A stretch of DNA of 60,000 bases from Camelus ferus (lineage: Eukaryota): the NCBI RefSeq assembly GCF_009834535.1, contig NC_045696.1, positions 68,140,001-68,200,000 on the forward strand, written 5' to 3'. This document shows, piece by piece, positions 12,586 through 26,243 of this stretch (positions are counted from its first letter, which is position 1; each line of letters begins with the position of its first letter). The notes beneath the pieces are model-generated. The model did no database searches and had not been told where the DNA came from. It saw only the letters and a list, made by a program, of their open reading frames with translations. A program made the position numbers and the translations under genes.

Positions 12586-12931
12586 AAAAAATTTTTTTGT
12601 ATTGAAGTGTAGTTGATTTGTAATGTTACCTTCAAGCGTACAGCAAAGTGATTCAGTTACATATATATATATATATATATATATATGTTTTCTATTCAGA
12701 TTCTTTTCCATTATATGTTATTACAAGAAATTGAATATAGTTCCCTGTGCTATACAGTAGGTCCTTGTTGTTTATCTATTTTGTATATAATAATGTGTAT
12801 CTGTTAATCCCCAACTCCTAATTTATCCATCCTGCCCTTTCCCCTTTTCTACATCCATGAGTGTGTTTTTGGTTTGTAAATAGAATTTGTATCATTTTTT
12901 TTAAGATTCCACATATAAGTGATATCATATG
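12586..12931 (-). mobile_element. Short young LINE-1 3' end
   Basis: ttgaagtgtagttgatttgtaatgtt...gtacagcaaagtgattcagttac(at)n...agattccacatataagtgatatcata; imperfect TSD tacattgtaatgtcttta (12568) / tacattgcaatattttta (12932). Confidence 0.92.
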
Positions 12932-12934
12932 TAC

Positions 12935-13095
12935 ATTGCAATATTTTTATCTGCTTCTGTGTCTGTCTTGCCTGATACACCATTAGCTCTTGGAAAGCAA
13001 GAAACACATCTTTATAATTTCTGTGTCCCTGGCACCTACCTCAGTATTCAACATCCACTAGGTGCTCATTAAACAGCTGTGGAATGAAAATAAGG
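12935..13095 (+). mobile_element. LINE-2 3' end
   Basis: tctgtgtccctggcacctacctcagt...taggtgctcattaaacagctgtggaatgaa. Confidence 0.75.
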
Positions 13096-13499
13096 GTCCA
13101 CAGTTGGTCGGCAGAACTGGGACTATAACCGTAGTCTCCCATCTCCCCACCTTGGGCTTGGACAGTGGCACCAAATGTGCAAATGGCTTTTCAGTTGATG
13201 GCTATTACAGAGGCTTTCATCTCTTTTTGTCTTTTGTCAGATGGATTCCTAAGCCAGCACAATCTCACCTGCCACTCAACTCTTCCTTGAAAGGCAGATT
13301 GTGTTCAGGTGAGCTTGGGATTTCCAGCTGCACAGACATGTCCACAAGGTGGTGGAGACTCAGAAGGACCCAGAGTGGTTTAGCATGGACCCCGCATGGC
13401 ATAGTTACAAACAACAGAAATGGGCAAAGAAGAAAGCTTAAGGAAAATTCCAGTTTGGGAAGCTGAGAGGAAGTTGTGGGATACTGAGAGCTTCCATTC

Positions 13500-13700
13500 T
13501 TCTTGCTCTAAGGTTTCTTGGTTTCTGCCACCATTCTGTTATTTAATAATTGTGTGACCTAGAGCAGGTCACTAAACCTTGATGAAATTCACCCATAAAT
13601 AAGATAATGACATCTCAGTTGTATGCTTCATGATATCTTAATAGGCTCAAATGAAAGTGCTTATAAAAATGCTTTGTAAAATTTGTAATCATGTTGCTCA
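13500..13700 (+). mobile_element. MIR SINE
   Basis: tgtgtgacctagagcaggtcactaaacctt...ataaaaatgctttgtaaa. Confidence 0.65.
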
Positions 13701-14439
13701 TATCATGCTGTTACTCCGTATTATTTCATGTAATACCATGTCTGTTATTCCCGAATTACTTATCACACATGTGACTTTCCATGAGGCCCCTTCACTGAAT
13801 TTTGGCTAGTCTTGACAATCCCAACTGAACATTGATTCCCAGGGTGAAAAATAGAGATCTGTGGCAGTCAGGAAAACCCAGAAGTGCCTTTACTCACGTG
13901 AAATATAAATGGCAGGCAGACCTTGTGGTTGTCTCTGGGATGGACCAATGTTACCAACTTTGATCTTTATACCTCATAGAAGTTGTCTGCTGCTCTGACT
14001 TCTCACCACCAACCTCACTTCAAATAAAGTCAAAAGATATTTACTTATGACCTTGTAGTATGTACCAGCCTAAGAGATAATGTAAGATATCCTGTTTGAA
14101 GTCTTAGGAGAAAAACCAGACGCCAACAAGAATAATTATAACCCAAGGTAGACCATAAAAGAGGTAACAACAATGGTCTTTGACAGCTTTGAAGAGGAGA
14201 AATGACATCCCACTGGAAGTCTGAGGAATGATTCATGGAGTCTATCTCCAAATCTTTTGGTTCTTGGACCCAGTCCCTTTGAGATGGAAAAACCCTCCAA
14301 GGTTCTTACAGAGCTCATGGACCCATAGGGAGAAAGCTTCTTCAGAGATCTTTCTTTCTCAGAGCCTGGGAATAGCACTGTCTGACTGTCTCAGTCTCTC
14401 TCTCTCCCTGTGAGGCCCAGGGCTCTGCACAGTTGAAGA

Positions 14440-14600
14440 CTGAAATGCTTGGCCTCCTAGAATCTGGATTGGGTTGCCTCTAGGCAAGCCCCTTAGCCTC
14501 TCAGCTTTCTCATCTGGAAAATGGACATAATAATACTTACTTCAAAGCAATGTTGTAACATTTAATTGATGTTTGCAAAACCTTCTGAGATCTGTAGATG
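14440..14600 (+). mobile_element. MIR SINE
   Basis: ggcaagccccttagcctctcagctttctcatctggaaaatggacataataatacttac. Confidence 0.75.
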
Positions 14601-15479
14601 AAAGACCTCGGAGAAGAACACAGCCTGATTATTATGCAGGAATTAATCCCTTCATCAGCCTTTGGGAGTTCTCTGTTTATTCAGTCTGTACCCTCTTTGG
14701 GGGGTCACTAGACTGCATTTCCAGGTGCAAAACATTCTTACAGGAAAAAACAAGTGGTTCTTGATTTTCTGGTCATCCCCTAGGACTTTTTCAGTTCAAC
14801 ATCATCCCTAGACTATCACCTTCTCTCTTTTTTCTCACTCTTGAGGCAAAGGCCTTGCTCCTTCACACCTGGACAGTGGTCAGCCTGGTCTCACCCTAGA
14901 GCATATTGTGGGTGAGAAGAAGCTGAACCATTAAGAAGTTTGTTAACTTCAAAGACTCAATATTTTCTGCTTTTTGTGCTACGGAGAAAATGTCAAGCCC
15001 AGTCTTGGAATCAGTGACAGTTTCTTAGACCCTTGGAAAACATCTCCTGTCTTGAATCTGGTCCTGTTCATCTCTTCATCCTGAAAATGAGATGAATGTT
15101 CTTGGCCTGTGATTCCATAGTGGGAAGAATGAGCCCCAAATGAAATCTGATCATTTCTTTTGATTTTATCATTGATTTTCTTCTCTTGGTCTTACCTGTC
15201 TTTAGATTCCTCAACTATAAAATGAGTATAATAACTCTTCTCAAAAATTTGTCCTGAGGAGTTAATGAGATCGTGTAATTGAAAGCATTTTGTAAAATCT
15301 AAAGGATGTGTAGATACACAGAAGTAGGGTATTATCTGATCTGTAATGTGGAAATCGATAGATACAGCCAATACTTAGAGAAACAGATTTGGAGTGAAAA
15401 TAAAGTCATTAAGATCCTACTCTTTCCGAGTTTGCTGAAAGAATCTCCTTTACAAACTCCCTGTCTGTTGAACACCTGA

Positions 15480-15782
15480 CGTCTGAACACCTCCAGGAAT
15501 GGGAAGCTTGTGACCTGGCGAAGCGGTCTATTTCATACTCGGAAGCTTCTCACTGATGAAAAGATCTTTCTCTGGCTGAGATGATGTAAGTCTCACTGTC
15601 ACTTCCAACTGCTTTACCAACTTGTTCCACACCAAGAAAATCAAACCCTCCTTCCCTGTAATGGTCCTTCAGATTTGTGAAATCAAGGATAATGTCTCTC
15701 CTGGGTTCTTTCATCACCGACTAAAACTCCTTAGCTGTTTCACTTTTCTCACGGCACTGTTTCCAGGCTTTTCACTATTCTA
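15480..15782 (-). mobile_element. L3/CR1 LINE fragment
   Basis: tgaacacctccaggaatgggaagctt...ccttcagatttgtgaa...ctaaaactccttagctgtttca...gtttccaggcttttcactattc follows the L3 consensus order of motifs. Confidence 0.75.
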
Positions 15783-16694
15783 AGAGGTAGGATCAGTTAC
15801 TTACCCAAGTAATGGGGAAGCAGAGACTCCAGGGCCAGCAGGAGAGCAGGGTGGGGATGGTTGGATCCCCATGTGCTCAAGATTTCAAGGCACAGCATGG
15901 AAAGGACATCTTTATCACACTGACTAGAGCCAGCTAGCTCAGCACCCAACACTGTCAGTGACTTGCACACCGTCCAAGCTGATACTGTTTGAATAAATAC
16001 TGTGAATGAATAAATGCAGTGAAAGCTTTATTGTCCATAATAGATTCATTCTTTCATTCCTCCAGACTATTCTGAAAGTGAAGTGTCTTTTAATAATTTT
16101 CAGCTGTCATATCACTATGCAGGGACAAGACAGCTTTTAGTTTCTTCTTCAACCCTTAGGTATATTGAATTCCTCCAGAGTTCTGTCTTTGGGTCTCATA
16201 CTTTAGGTGCCCACAACAAAATGGGGTACGAGGGCAAACTGGAGAGTGGTTCAGACAGGGTACCATCCCAAGATCTCTCCTACTGCTATTTGTAGCTCTT
16301 TCCCATACCCAGCTTAATAGTGACAGAACTTTTGACCTGGAACAGAAGTGAGGTCCCAAGGCATTGAAAAGGGGGTGGTCTCGAGCCACAAGTCCAAGTG
16401 GGAGAGACATTGGATGTCAGCCAGTCCAGACCAGCGCCTGCTGCTTGATCTCCTTCACAATGCCGGATCCTATCTGGTTAATAGTTCTGGGCAATTCTGA
16501 TATGCCAAGCACTCTGCTAGATGCTTTTACACACAATCTCTTACCTAGTCCTCCCTTCTATGCAATGTGAAAGGTGTCACAATCTCCCAGAGTCAAGGTA
16601 GATTTGACATCAACGCTGACCTGCAGTTAGCTTTCTCCTATCTTCCAAGGGAGCATGTTTCATTCATTAATCAAGAAATGTTTGTGAAGACCTC

Positions 16695-18962
16695 AGCAAT
16701 GGTACCCAAACTCTGGATTCTTTTAAGCCTATACAGTTATTACAAGAGAATCTCTGAACCCATGTGTGTGCTCAAGATCTTCTAGAGACTGCAAAAGACA
16801 GGCATATTTTTACTCATATGTACTTGTATTTCTCAAGTGTACGTGGGCACGATTGTGATTATACAAATAAAAATTTTAAAACCAGGCTACTAAAACCAGG
16901 GTGTTTTGGTCATCATAGTTTATTCATCATAAGAATTTTAAAATTAATATACATCAATTTTTGAGTAGTTTTAGTTTTACCAAATAGTCAAGTGGAAAGT
17001 ACAGTGAGTTCTCATTTACCCCTTTGCCCTTCCGCCCAAGTTTCCCGTATTATTAAATTCTTGCATTAATGTGGTATATTTGTTATAGTTAATGAGCCAA
17101 TACTGATACATTATGATTAACTGAAGTCCACAGTGTACACTAGGGTTTACCCTTTGTGTTGCGTATTCCATGGGTACAACGTACAGCGACACACATCCAC
17201 CATTACAGCGTCGTAGAGCATAGTTTCGCTGCCCTAAAAATCCTGTTTCACCAATTCATGTCTCCTTTCCTTTCTCTCAACCACTGATCATTTGACTGTA
17301 TCTACAGTTTTTCCTTTTCCAAAGTGTCACATAGTTGAAATCATGCAGTATGTAGCCTCTTCAGATTGGCTTCTCTCATTTAGCAATATGCATTTAAGGT
17401 TCCTCTGTATCTTTTCATGGCTCATTGTTTTTATTGCTAAAAAAATATATATCATTGTATAGCTTGCCATAATTTGTTTATCCATTCCCCTAAGGAAAAA
17501 CATCTTGGTTGCTTCCAAGTTTTAGCCATTTTGAAAAAGATTGCTATAAATATCCACGTCTATGTGGACTTAAGTTTTCAACTCATCTGAGAAAATACCA
17601 AGGGATGTGATTGCTGAATTGTGTGGTAAAAGCATGATTATTGTTGTAAGAAATTGCCAAACTATCTTCTAACATGACTGTACATTTTGCATTCCCACAA
17701 TGAATGAGAGTTCCTGTTGCTCCACAGGCTCATCAGCATTTGACCTCCTCAGTGTTCCGGATGTAGGCAATTCTGGTAGGTGTATAGTGTATCTCATTGT
17801 TGTATTAATTTGAAATTCCCTATTGACGTATGTTGTTGAGCATCTTTTCTCATGCTTATTTGTAATGTGTATTTTTTTTTTAGTGAGGTGTTTGTTCAGA
17901 TCTTTTGCCCATTTTAAAATTAAGTTGTTTGCTTTCTAATTGTTGAGTTTTAAGAGTTTTTTGTATGTCTGGGATACCAGCCCTTTTTCAGATACATCTT
18001 TTGCAAATATTTTCTCCTAGTCTGTGGCTTATTTTTTCATTCTCTCAACAGTGTCTTTCATAGAGTAGAAGTTTTTAATTTTAATTAAGTCCAACTTATC
18101 AATCTTTTCTTTCACAAGTTATGCTTTTGGTGTTGTTTCTAAATAGTTATTGCCAAATCCAAGGTCACCAAGATTTTCTCCTATCTTGTCTTCTTGAAGT
18201 TGAATGGTTTTGAGTTATATTTATGTCTATGACCCATTTTGAGTTAAGATGTAGGAAGATGCGAAGTCTGTACCTAGAGTCAATTTTTTTTTTCCACATG
18301 TGGACGGTTAGTTATTCCAGCACCATTTGTTGACTGTCTTTTCTCTACTGAATTGCCTTTGCTCTTTGTCAAGGATCAGTTGACTATATTTGTGTGAGTC
18401 TATTTCTGGGCTCTCTCTTCTGTCCCATGGGTTTGTCTATTCTTTTGCCAGTGCCACACTGTCTTGATTACTGTGGCTTCATAGTAAATCTTGCAGTCGG
18501 GTAGTGGCAGTCTTTCAACTTTGTTCTTTAACATTGTGTTGATTATTCTGGATCTTTTTTGCCTTTCCCTATAAACTTTAGAATCACTCTGTTGATATCC
18601 ACAAAATAACTTGCTGGGATCAATAATCCCTTGACTGATATTGCTTTGCCTTTATAGATCCAGTTGGGAAGAACCAATTTCTTGACAATATTGAGCTTTC
18701 TAATCCATGTACATGGGATATCTCTTCATTTATTTAGATCTCCTTTGATTTCTTTTCATCAGAGTTCTGTGGTTTTCCCCATATAGGGTTTTTACATATT
18801 TTATTGAATTTATACCTAAATATTTCAGTTTCGTGGGGTGCTAATGTAAAGGGTATTGTGTTATTAAAATTTGAAAGTATAATTAGTATCAAACTGGGCG
18901 TCTGTGATATTTTTCAGGTTAAAACGTGGCCTGTATAATCCACAAGATGAAAAAGTGCTGGC
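16695..18962. mobile_element. hAT-Charlie-type DNA transposon split by the L1 at 16945-18862
   Basis: left end gcaatggtacccaaact and right end aagatgaaaaagtgctg resemble degenerate CAGTGGTTCCCAAACT-type TIRs; the flanks join at ttaaaatt. Confidence 0.45.
16945..18862 (-). mobile_element. Old LINE-1 (L1MB/L1MC-like), 3' UTR plus ORF2 remnant
   Basis: ttaatgagccaatactgatacattatgattaactgaagtcca...ttgcaaatattttctcctagtctgtggctt...ccagcaccatttgttga...taaactttagaatca. Confidence 0.93.
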
Positions 18963-19284
18963 TTATGTGATGTTGGACATGAAGTAACTGACAGTAAGGC
19001 TCTGAGCCCCCTGCTGCCAGAGGGTGTCTAATGGTGTTACTGTGGCAATGTCACGGTACCCTGGAAGGAGAAATCTCATTTGTAGCTCAGACTCTAAAAA
19101 TGAAATAACTTTTTCCATCCAAAAGAGTTTAAAACTCTTCTTCCTTGTCACGGATCCCATAAAGAGGAGTGGGCAACAAACAGTCCATGAAGGAGGTCCA
19201 GGTTAGAGGAATGGAGAACTGTGGCAACTCCTAATCTTTTTTTTTTTTTTTTTTCCACTCCCAGAGCAAACTCAAAATGCTCAT

Positions 19285-19665
19285 GGAATAAAGGCAAAAA
19301 TTCTTACTGTTTCCTACAAGCCTGGAATGGTCTGACCTCCACCAGCCTCTTAAACCATATGCTCCCTCCTCTGCTTAGCCACTCTGGCCTTACACCTCCT
19401 TGTCTTTGCTACACTTCTTTCCTGGGGGCTTTTTATATGCTGTTTCTTCCCCTCTTTAGCCAGGTCGCGTGGCACTTCCTTGGTCCTCCCAGCCCAGGCC
19501 TTTGAAAGCACAGTGTACTTCTGAGCACTTTCTGCATGGTGACTTTACATTTATTTATGTGATTAGCTGATGACAAGACCATAAGTTCCTTGAGGGGAGG
19601 CACTGTTTTGCTCACCATTATGGTCCCATTGCCATAGCTGTTGACTAAATGGATGATTGATGGAC
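19285..19665 (+). mobile_element. LINE-2 fragment
   Basis: ctacaagcctggaatggtctgacc...agccactctggcct...gaccataagttccttgaggggaggcactgttttgctcacca. Confidence 0.7.
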
Positions 19666-20569
19666 ATACTACAGAATCAGGAGCTACATGTATTTCTTGT
19701 TTTAGAGTACGGACACCACTCAGTGAATCATTTTGTTGTTCTAAAGGGCTCTTCTGGGTATTATGGTATGTAGATACCTGGTATGAGTGGTTCCCTAGCC
19801 AAACACTGTAATCAATATTCTGGTTCCCAGAACAGTGGAAACTGAGTCAATAGCATACTGTTGGCTTAGTGAAACTTATGGTGGTTTGGGTAAACATTAG
19901 ATTCTTTTAAAGTTTATTTAGCAAACATTTATTAAATGTCCATTGTCTATCCCATAGGGTGTTAGGTGAGAACCATGTATGGAACCCTGCAGCTGTGGCC
20001 TCTCTCTGGGAAGACTGGTGTGACAGTGTTGGGGGATGTTCATCAATCTGTGCCAAGCTGAATGCTCAGGGGTGGAGTTACGGCTGAAACTCTTGGACCG
20101 GACTGTCTTCAGCAGGTCCTGCTCTGTTCCCTCAATCTCCCACCCCTCCCTACTGTCTCAGACTCAGACCTGGCTTGGGGTTTCTTCCACTGCCTGCTGG
20201 CTCCCTCAGCACACCCAGCTGGTGACCCTCGCTTGAGTCCAGCTCCGCTCTAGGGTCAGTGGCTGGCCCCAGACAGATGGACTGCATTTCACATTCTTAT
20301 TTTGCACAAGAACGGTGGGAGCCACACAGCTGGATCACACAGGCCCTGCCGAAGAACTCACAGTCCAGTCAGGGAAGTGACATGCACAGAAATGGCCAGA
20401 ACACTGTGTCCTAGAATGTTAACAAAAGCAGCTGGGAGAAGGGCAGTGACTGGAACACATGCTTCTGACCTGCCTGTTTGTGGGTCCTGATTGCAGCACG
20501 GTGGAGGGGCGGGTGAAGCCGAGGCAGAAGTCTTGCTGGCTCTTAGCTCGTCCTCGGTCGATGAAATTA

Positions 20570-20730
20570 ACTGTGCCTCCTGCTCTAGGTCCCTGGGCCA
20601 GTTACTTCAACATCACCTCTTTGAGCCTCAGTTTCTATAACTTTAAAGTGGAGGTGTTATTCGGGGGCAAGAGAGTTGTTGTGAGATTTTAAAAAAAGTG
20701 CGTATGAAAGTGCTTCCTACAGAAGAGACA
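20570..20730 (+). mobile_element. MIR SINE
   Basis: ccctgggccagttacttcaacatcacctctttgagcctcagtttctataactttaaagtgg. Confidence 0.7.
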
Positions 20731-21399
20731 AGCAACGACTGCTGAACATGAGTCCCGCTTGCTGGCAGCCTTTGTAGAGACTGGTGCAGAGGGTCTTTTG
20801 GCAACTCCTGGGCCCACCTTTCACAGGATGCTTAGTAGGGGATCGGGCAACCCTCTTTCTCGCCCAGCCATCGGCTGCATAGGACACACTGTGCCAGCAG
20901 CAGCCCGGCCATGTGACCTCTTCTCCTTCTTGGCTGTTCCCACTGGCAGGCCATGAATAGCGAGAGACACCCTCCATCGTGCTGAGAACTTTTCCCAAGG
21001 AGCCCAGAGGGAAGAATGTTCTGTGTTTTTGCAAAGCCTGACCCTCTTCTGGAGCCAACTCTGGTGGAGATACAGGAACCTGATTGTTTAGTGTGTCCCC
21101 TCCGTTGGGGGCCACTTAAGCCCTCTTTCGACACAATGAACGGAAGGCTTCCAAGAGTCAGTAGCCAACACTCTCAGCTTCCAATGGTTGCAAGAGCATC
21201 AGGAGTTTCAGGTTTACACGTTCAGAGAGTGTCAGAGCTTGTTTGTCCAACCCCCCTTTTGGGCATGGAAATCGATGCCCAAAGAGACCAAGCCAGAGAA
21301 GACCTAGGCCCCCTGCCTTCCAGGCCTGGGTTTCAGCCATGACCCCGTGCTGCCCTCCAGGTACGGAGTGAAACACTGAGCACAAACGTGCATGTGCGA

Positions 21400-21890
21400 T
21401 TCCACTAGTGCCCGTTATCACAAAGGATAGAACATTGGATTCACAGTGCCAAAAAAAGTGTGTGTGTGTGTGTGTGCAGGGGGATTTATGAGGTTCTGTA
21501 ACTGGGACATCCAGGAGGACCTCTGGCACCGGCAGGCTTCTTGGGATCCAGTTTTGCTCTCTGCATCTCCTAGGTCTTCTCTTTTCCCTCAAGAGAGCCA
21601 CCAGAAATTTCAGGATCATGTACCATGGGGAAATATGAATGCTTCCCGTCCCTGTTTTGTCTGCAGAAATCCCAGGATTCATCCTGATTGGGGTTCTTGT
21701 GTCCCGTGCCCTGCTGTAAGCCAATCACTGGGGCCGGAGACGGCAAGGTGTGAAGGGATGCAGCTTGGGCCATGTGCTTCACCACCCCATGTGCTTCAGA
21801 CCCTTTGGATTGAGAGTGGGGTGCTGCCCAGAAAGGGAAATGGGGCTCAGTGGTTCACAAAATGAAAAATGTCCTCTGTGCCCATGTCCA
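21400..21890 (-). mobile_element. MLT1 (K-like) LTR remnant with an internal (TG)n
   Basis: tcctgattgggg...aagccaatcactggggccggag...cttgggccatgtgc; (TG)n at 21458-21476. Confidence 0.5.
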
Positions 21891-22339
21891 CAGAGCTCCC
21901 ATGTCAGATAATAAGTTATTGTGTCTATTGTGTTTCAACTCTTCCATCTCCTCAAATTAGGGAGTGCTTCGCTCTCTGGCAAACAGTGCGGTTGTGACAG
22001 CAGACATGAACGCAGGAAAGGCTGGGGCGTTTCCTCGGGTAGAATGCAGGGCCAGGGTTTAGGTAATGTCACAGCCTCCTGCTGAGCTAACCCATGTCTT
22101 ATTCTTCACATGCAAACAAAGAAAAATCAAAACCAATCAACCAATGAATAAATAAACAAAACTCAAAGCTTGATTTTTCAGATTGCTAAGAAAGTCGGAC
22201 TAAACATATCCCAACATAAAACAGGGGCTATTGTAGTTACGTAAGGAGCTTTCTTGGTGCCTGGAAATATGGAACCTACCTCACTGAGCATCAGTTTATT
22301 CACCTTGTAAAAGTCAGGTAATGTCTAACACTTGCAGCT

Positions 22340-22685
22340 AACAAAGCTAGAACACCACTATGTGTTAAATACAAAAAAAAATTATAGAACGATGTATATA
22401 CCATTAGAACATTTATATAAGAAACAAACTGCAAAGCACATAGAGGTTTTTCCATATGCACATATAATTAGTTGCATAAAGTGAAGGGTTAAAATGATAC
22501 TGACAGTACTAATGGTAGCAGTGAGGGGTGGGGGACAAGGAGAAGAAGAGCGGGGAGTAGCAGGGAGTAAGGATTGGGATCAGGAGGGACAGTCAAAGGG
22601 ACATTTGCTTTTAGATAGTTGAACTTTCTGCTGTAAAAATATACTCACATTCTATTTGTGTAATTTAAATTATTAAAATATAAAA
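22340..22685 (+). mobile_element. Ancient L1ME-like 3' fragment
   Basis: A-rich text ending gtcaaagggacatttgctttt...ttgtgtaatttaaattattaaaata. Confidence 0.45.
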
Positions 22686-24259
22686 TAGTTTGAGGTTCTT
22701 ACTAAAACATATTAAGTCATTTGAATTAAGAAATCTTTGATTGATAGCTGAGTTTAGAGGGAAAAGAAATGCTGATTCTTTTCGGTTTTCTGATCCTTAT
22801 GAATGTTTATCCAAAGCCTCCTCCTTAGTTCCAGGTAGTCGTCCACCTTTGATGAATTTGTAGATCTGTAGAACTGTAATGCTAGAAGGAACTCAGAGAT
22901 CACCGCTGTTCACCTTAAAGAGGCAGGCCACTGGGGACTGAGTCCAGTTACCTTCCTGGTTCTTTTCCAGATGACCCATCTGACAGTCAGGTCAGGGCCC
23001 CATGCCTGGGAGTCCAGATCTAGAGGGAAGAGCTAATCATAATGCTTCCTTCCCTACTCTGGTGTAAGTTTTAAATCAGGCAGTGATTATGAAATTATCA
23101 GGGAGCTGTCAAACATGATAAAAAGGCTAGAGAGTGATGTCATTGCTCGTATCTCCGTTTTCCTGAGCCTCGGAGTTGATACAATTTGCCCAAGGACTCA
23201 TAGCTGCAGGACAGCTTTAGCTCAATCATTGTCGCAGTCCTGGTGGCACTTTGCAATGATGCTCATGTGACATCGTCCACAGATTGTGAATGTGCTTGCG
23301 TTCTCTACTAGGTGGAGAGTTCTGTGATGCCAAGGACCAGATCCCAGTCATCTTCTCACCCAGCATCTATCTAACATCCAGCAAGCTTTCAGGGAATGTT
23401 ATGTATGGAACTCTCTGGACTCAGCTTCTCCTCTGAATAGAGTCAGGAGCTAAATTGTTAATATCCTTTCCAGTTGTGAGGGTCTGTGATTAAAAAATCG
23501 AGATGTTCACTTCAACAACACTCCTTATCTTCAACCAGATGGTCAACTTCCACCAAGTCTTCCAGAGCTTGGGTATTTCAGCTGGATGAGAAGCTGAAGG
23601 GTCAACTGGTCCTTTCAGGTCTGAGGAGAGAGGTTTCTGCAGGAATCACAACTCTGATGTCCTTGGCTGCTGTGGGCTTGGAGGTAATAACACCTTGTGT
23701 TTATGTTGCCTCTCGCTTCTGAGAAGCTCGAAGGGCTTCCCAGACATTATCTCACTGTTTCTCATGATCATTCCTTGGCACACCCTGCACCAATGGGTTA
23801 TATGGTTTTCCCACAAGCCTCCGGTGGCAGAGTCAGGACCAGGACCCAGGTCTGCAGACCTCTCATTGCATTGTGCAGCTTTCAGATGGATGCCCTGCCT
23901 CTGCCTCATGGAGAAGAGACAATTTACCATCACTGTTGTAAGAGTTTGGACATCTGCTGGAGAGCCCTGGGGAATAACTCTTCTCTCCTCTCCTGCTCCA
24001 GCCTCATGAAGTTGATAATGTATGAGCTGATTATAGAGGAAAACTTGAGCATGGATGACTCATCCTCTGGAGGAATCTGGCAATGAATCCGAGACACCTA
24101 TTGATGTCAGAGTGGAATATGGGGGGACATTGGAAGCCTGGGTGGTCTTGTAGGCTAGGTAGGTATTGTTCTTCAATAATGCAACATCAGAAACCATAGT
24201 TGCACCATCCAGTTCGTTCCAGGATTATTTCCTAAATGATAAAATTGTATTAGGGATGC

Positions 24260-24440
24260 TGGGGAAAAGGACTGGCCTGGTGGCCAAGAGATCTGGGTTT
24301 CATTTAAGCGTTATGTATTTGGTTGCCATGTGGCACTGAGATAATTAATCTCTCTGTTGTTCAACTTCCCCATTCGTGAAAATGGTCCATACCTGCCTCA
24401 TCAGTTTGTTATACAGAATAAATAAGAGACAATGAGTGTC
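24260..24440 (+). mobile_element. MIR SINE
   Basis: ggactggcctggtggccaagagatctgggttt...ttcaacttccccattcgtgaaaatgg. Confidence 0.65.
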
Positions 24441-24442
24441 AG

Positions 24443-24735
24443 TCATGGTTTTCCAAACACCTGGGATACTCGTGAGTGCCAGGGAATCCTCTAAGCCGTA
24501 GTGATGCCAACCTCAGCAAAGATTTGGGGGAAATTAGTTTTATATTAAATAAGGATAAATTTATTATCAAGTAGCAAGCTAACATTGAATACATTTTAAA
24601 GATGAATTTCACTTTGCTCCAGAGGTGGAGGAGGGCATGACTGGTCCTCTACCTCCACATCCCACAGGGGGGACTTCTACCTTCTCTGCCATTGGGATGC
24701 TTTTCTCCTGGATGGAGAAGTTTGAGAAGTGTTTG
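24443..24735. mobile_element. hAT-type DNA transposon remnant
   Basis: catggttttccaaac...aagtttgagaagtg form degenerate hAT TIR-like ends. Confidence 0.45.
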
Positions 24736-26243
24736 CTTAAGTCGTTCATTCCTTTGCTTTTTTCTGAGTTATAGTCTTACATCCATTTTGGTCACTTAGC
24801 TGATATTAACTCAGGTTCCTGTAGCAATGACTTCACAACTTAAAAAAAAAATCGTGTCCTCAGATTTTTATCAAGTGTCAGTATAACAAATGGTTGTGTG
24901 GGGAATGATTCTGCATTGCCTGCAAAGCCACTGTGGAAGATTTGGTCCCTTATGTTACTTACCGCCTCCTATATAAGGATGCAGATGATAAACCTTTTTC
25001 TCAAATTTTCTGCCCAAGAGAAATTTGTCTCCTCTGAAGAATGGGTGTACTTTTGATCAGATGGTAAAAGCCAGGTAACTCATGACTTTTCTATTTTTGC
25101 CTTAGCAGTCAGGAGGCTCAAGAGCTGTTTTTTTTTTCTTCTTATATTTAGTAAAAATTGAATCCATGATTCCTGGCATGATTATCTCCGTTCTTTCATA
25201 GAGTGGCACGTCTGTATATTTAGCCATCTGGTGTTTTTACTATAAGATCTCTCCAGGTTTTGTTTTTTGTTTTTTAGAAATAGGGTCTCAATGATAAGGA
25301 ACCCAGTTCTGAGACAGAGCAAGAGGATGAGGCACTAAGACTCACATTTAAAATGTAAAACCAAATTTCTCCGGAGGACAAGCCCGGGGCAAGCTTGGGA
25401 AGGAGCCTGGTGTGCCTGCAGGCCTCTGAAGTGCCCGCTTGGGAAGAGCATCTCCACTTGGCAGCCCACTCTTCTTCCTGCCACCTTTCCCCGACGTGGA
25501 TCCGTCACAGCCTGTTCTAAGGCAGACAGCCCCCCACCCCAGCACGTGCAGGCCAGGTAAGGGTACAAATGGAGGCTGCTGGTCATTCCCTCGTCCCCAC
25601 CCCTCCCCACTCCCTTCCATCCCCCACCCTGCTACACACCAGCATTGATGGGCTTTGGCACCCCAAAGACAAACACTTTGCCAACTTTTTTACCCAAGTA
25701 TTCCTGAGGACAGGAAAAGGTGGGATGTGGAGGTAGAGCATCACTCACGCCCACATCCCTGGACCACACCCAGTCCTAGGGGTGTAGTACCTGGGGCTGT
25801 GATCTGCTCTGGGTTTGAAGAGCTGGGGAGAGATCAGATAGGGCCTGGAAGCGAACTTTGCACAGGCTATTTGCACAGGTTATGTCAGGGTCCAGGTACC
25901 CAGAGTTTGCCCTGGAAGGGATATGTGAGCCCCTTGGTTCATGGCCACATGACCTCTCCCCTGTAAGGAAGGCCAGAGCCGGGTAGGGGGAGGGGGCCCT
26001 AAGGCATATGGCCCAGGGCAGGGGTGGTGGTTGCCTGGTTCTACTATTATCTACTGAGAGCCTTTGTGCTTAGAAAGACTACCGTTGTCATCAAAACTAA
26101 TCTGCTCTGTGTCTTCTTCAGTCATAGGATCCTGGAGTACTGATGTTGGAAGCGGTTATGGAGACCAACTGTCTAGTCCCCCATTTTGAAGATGGGAATA
26201 TTGAGGGCTAGGGAGGCAACCAACTGGCTCAAGTCCTTTAATT

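Noticed and set aside
15990..16062. Tail-to-tail L2 ends resembling the origin of miR-28-family hairpins (also 27430-27500)
   Set aside because: Only about 8 bp of pairing (gaatgaat/attcattc) with a long loop; too weak for a pre-miRNA
21158..21865. 188-aa and 139-aa overlapping ORFs
   Set aside because: They run through an MLT1-like remnant and a (TG)n microsatellite
24968..24978. cctatataagg, a CArG/TATA-like motif
   Set aside because: Seven A/T bases between CC and GG (not a canonical CArG) and no supporting promoter context
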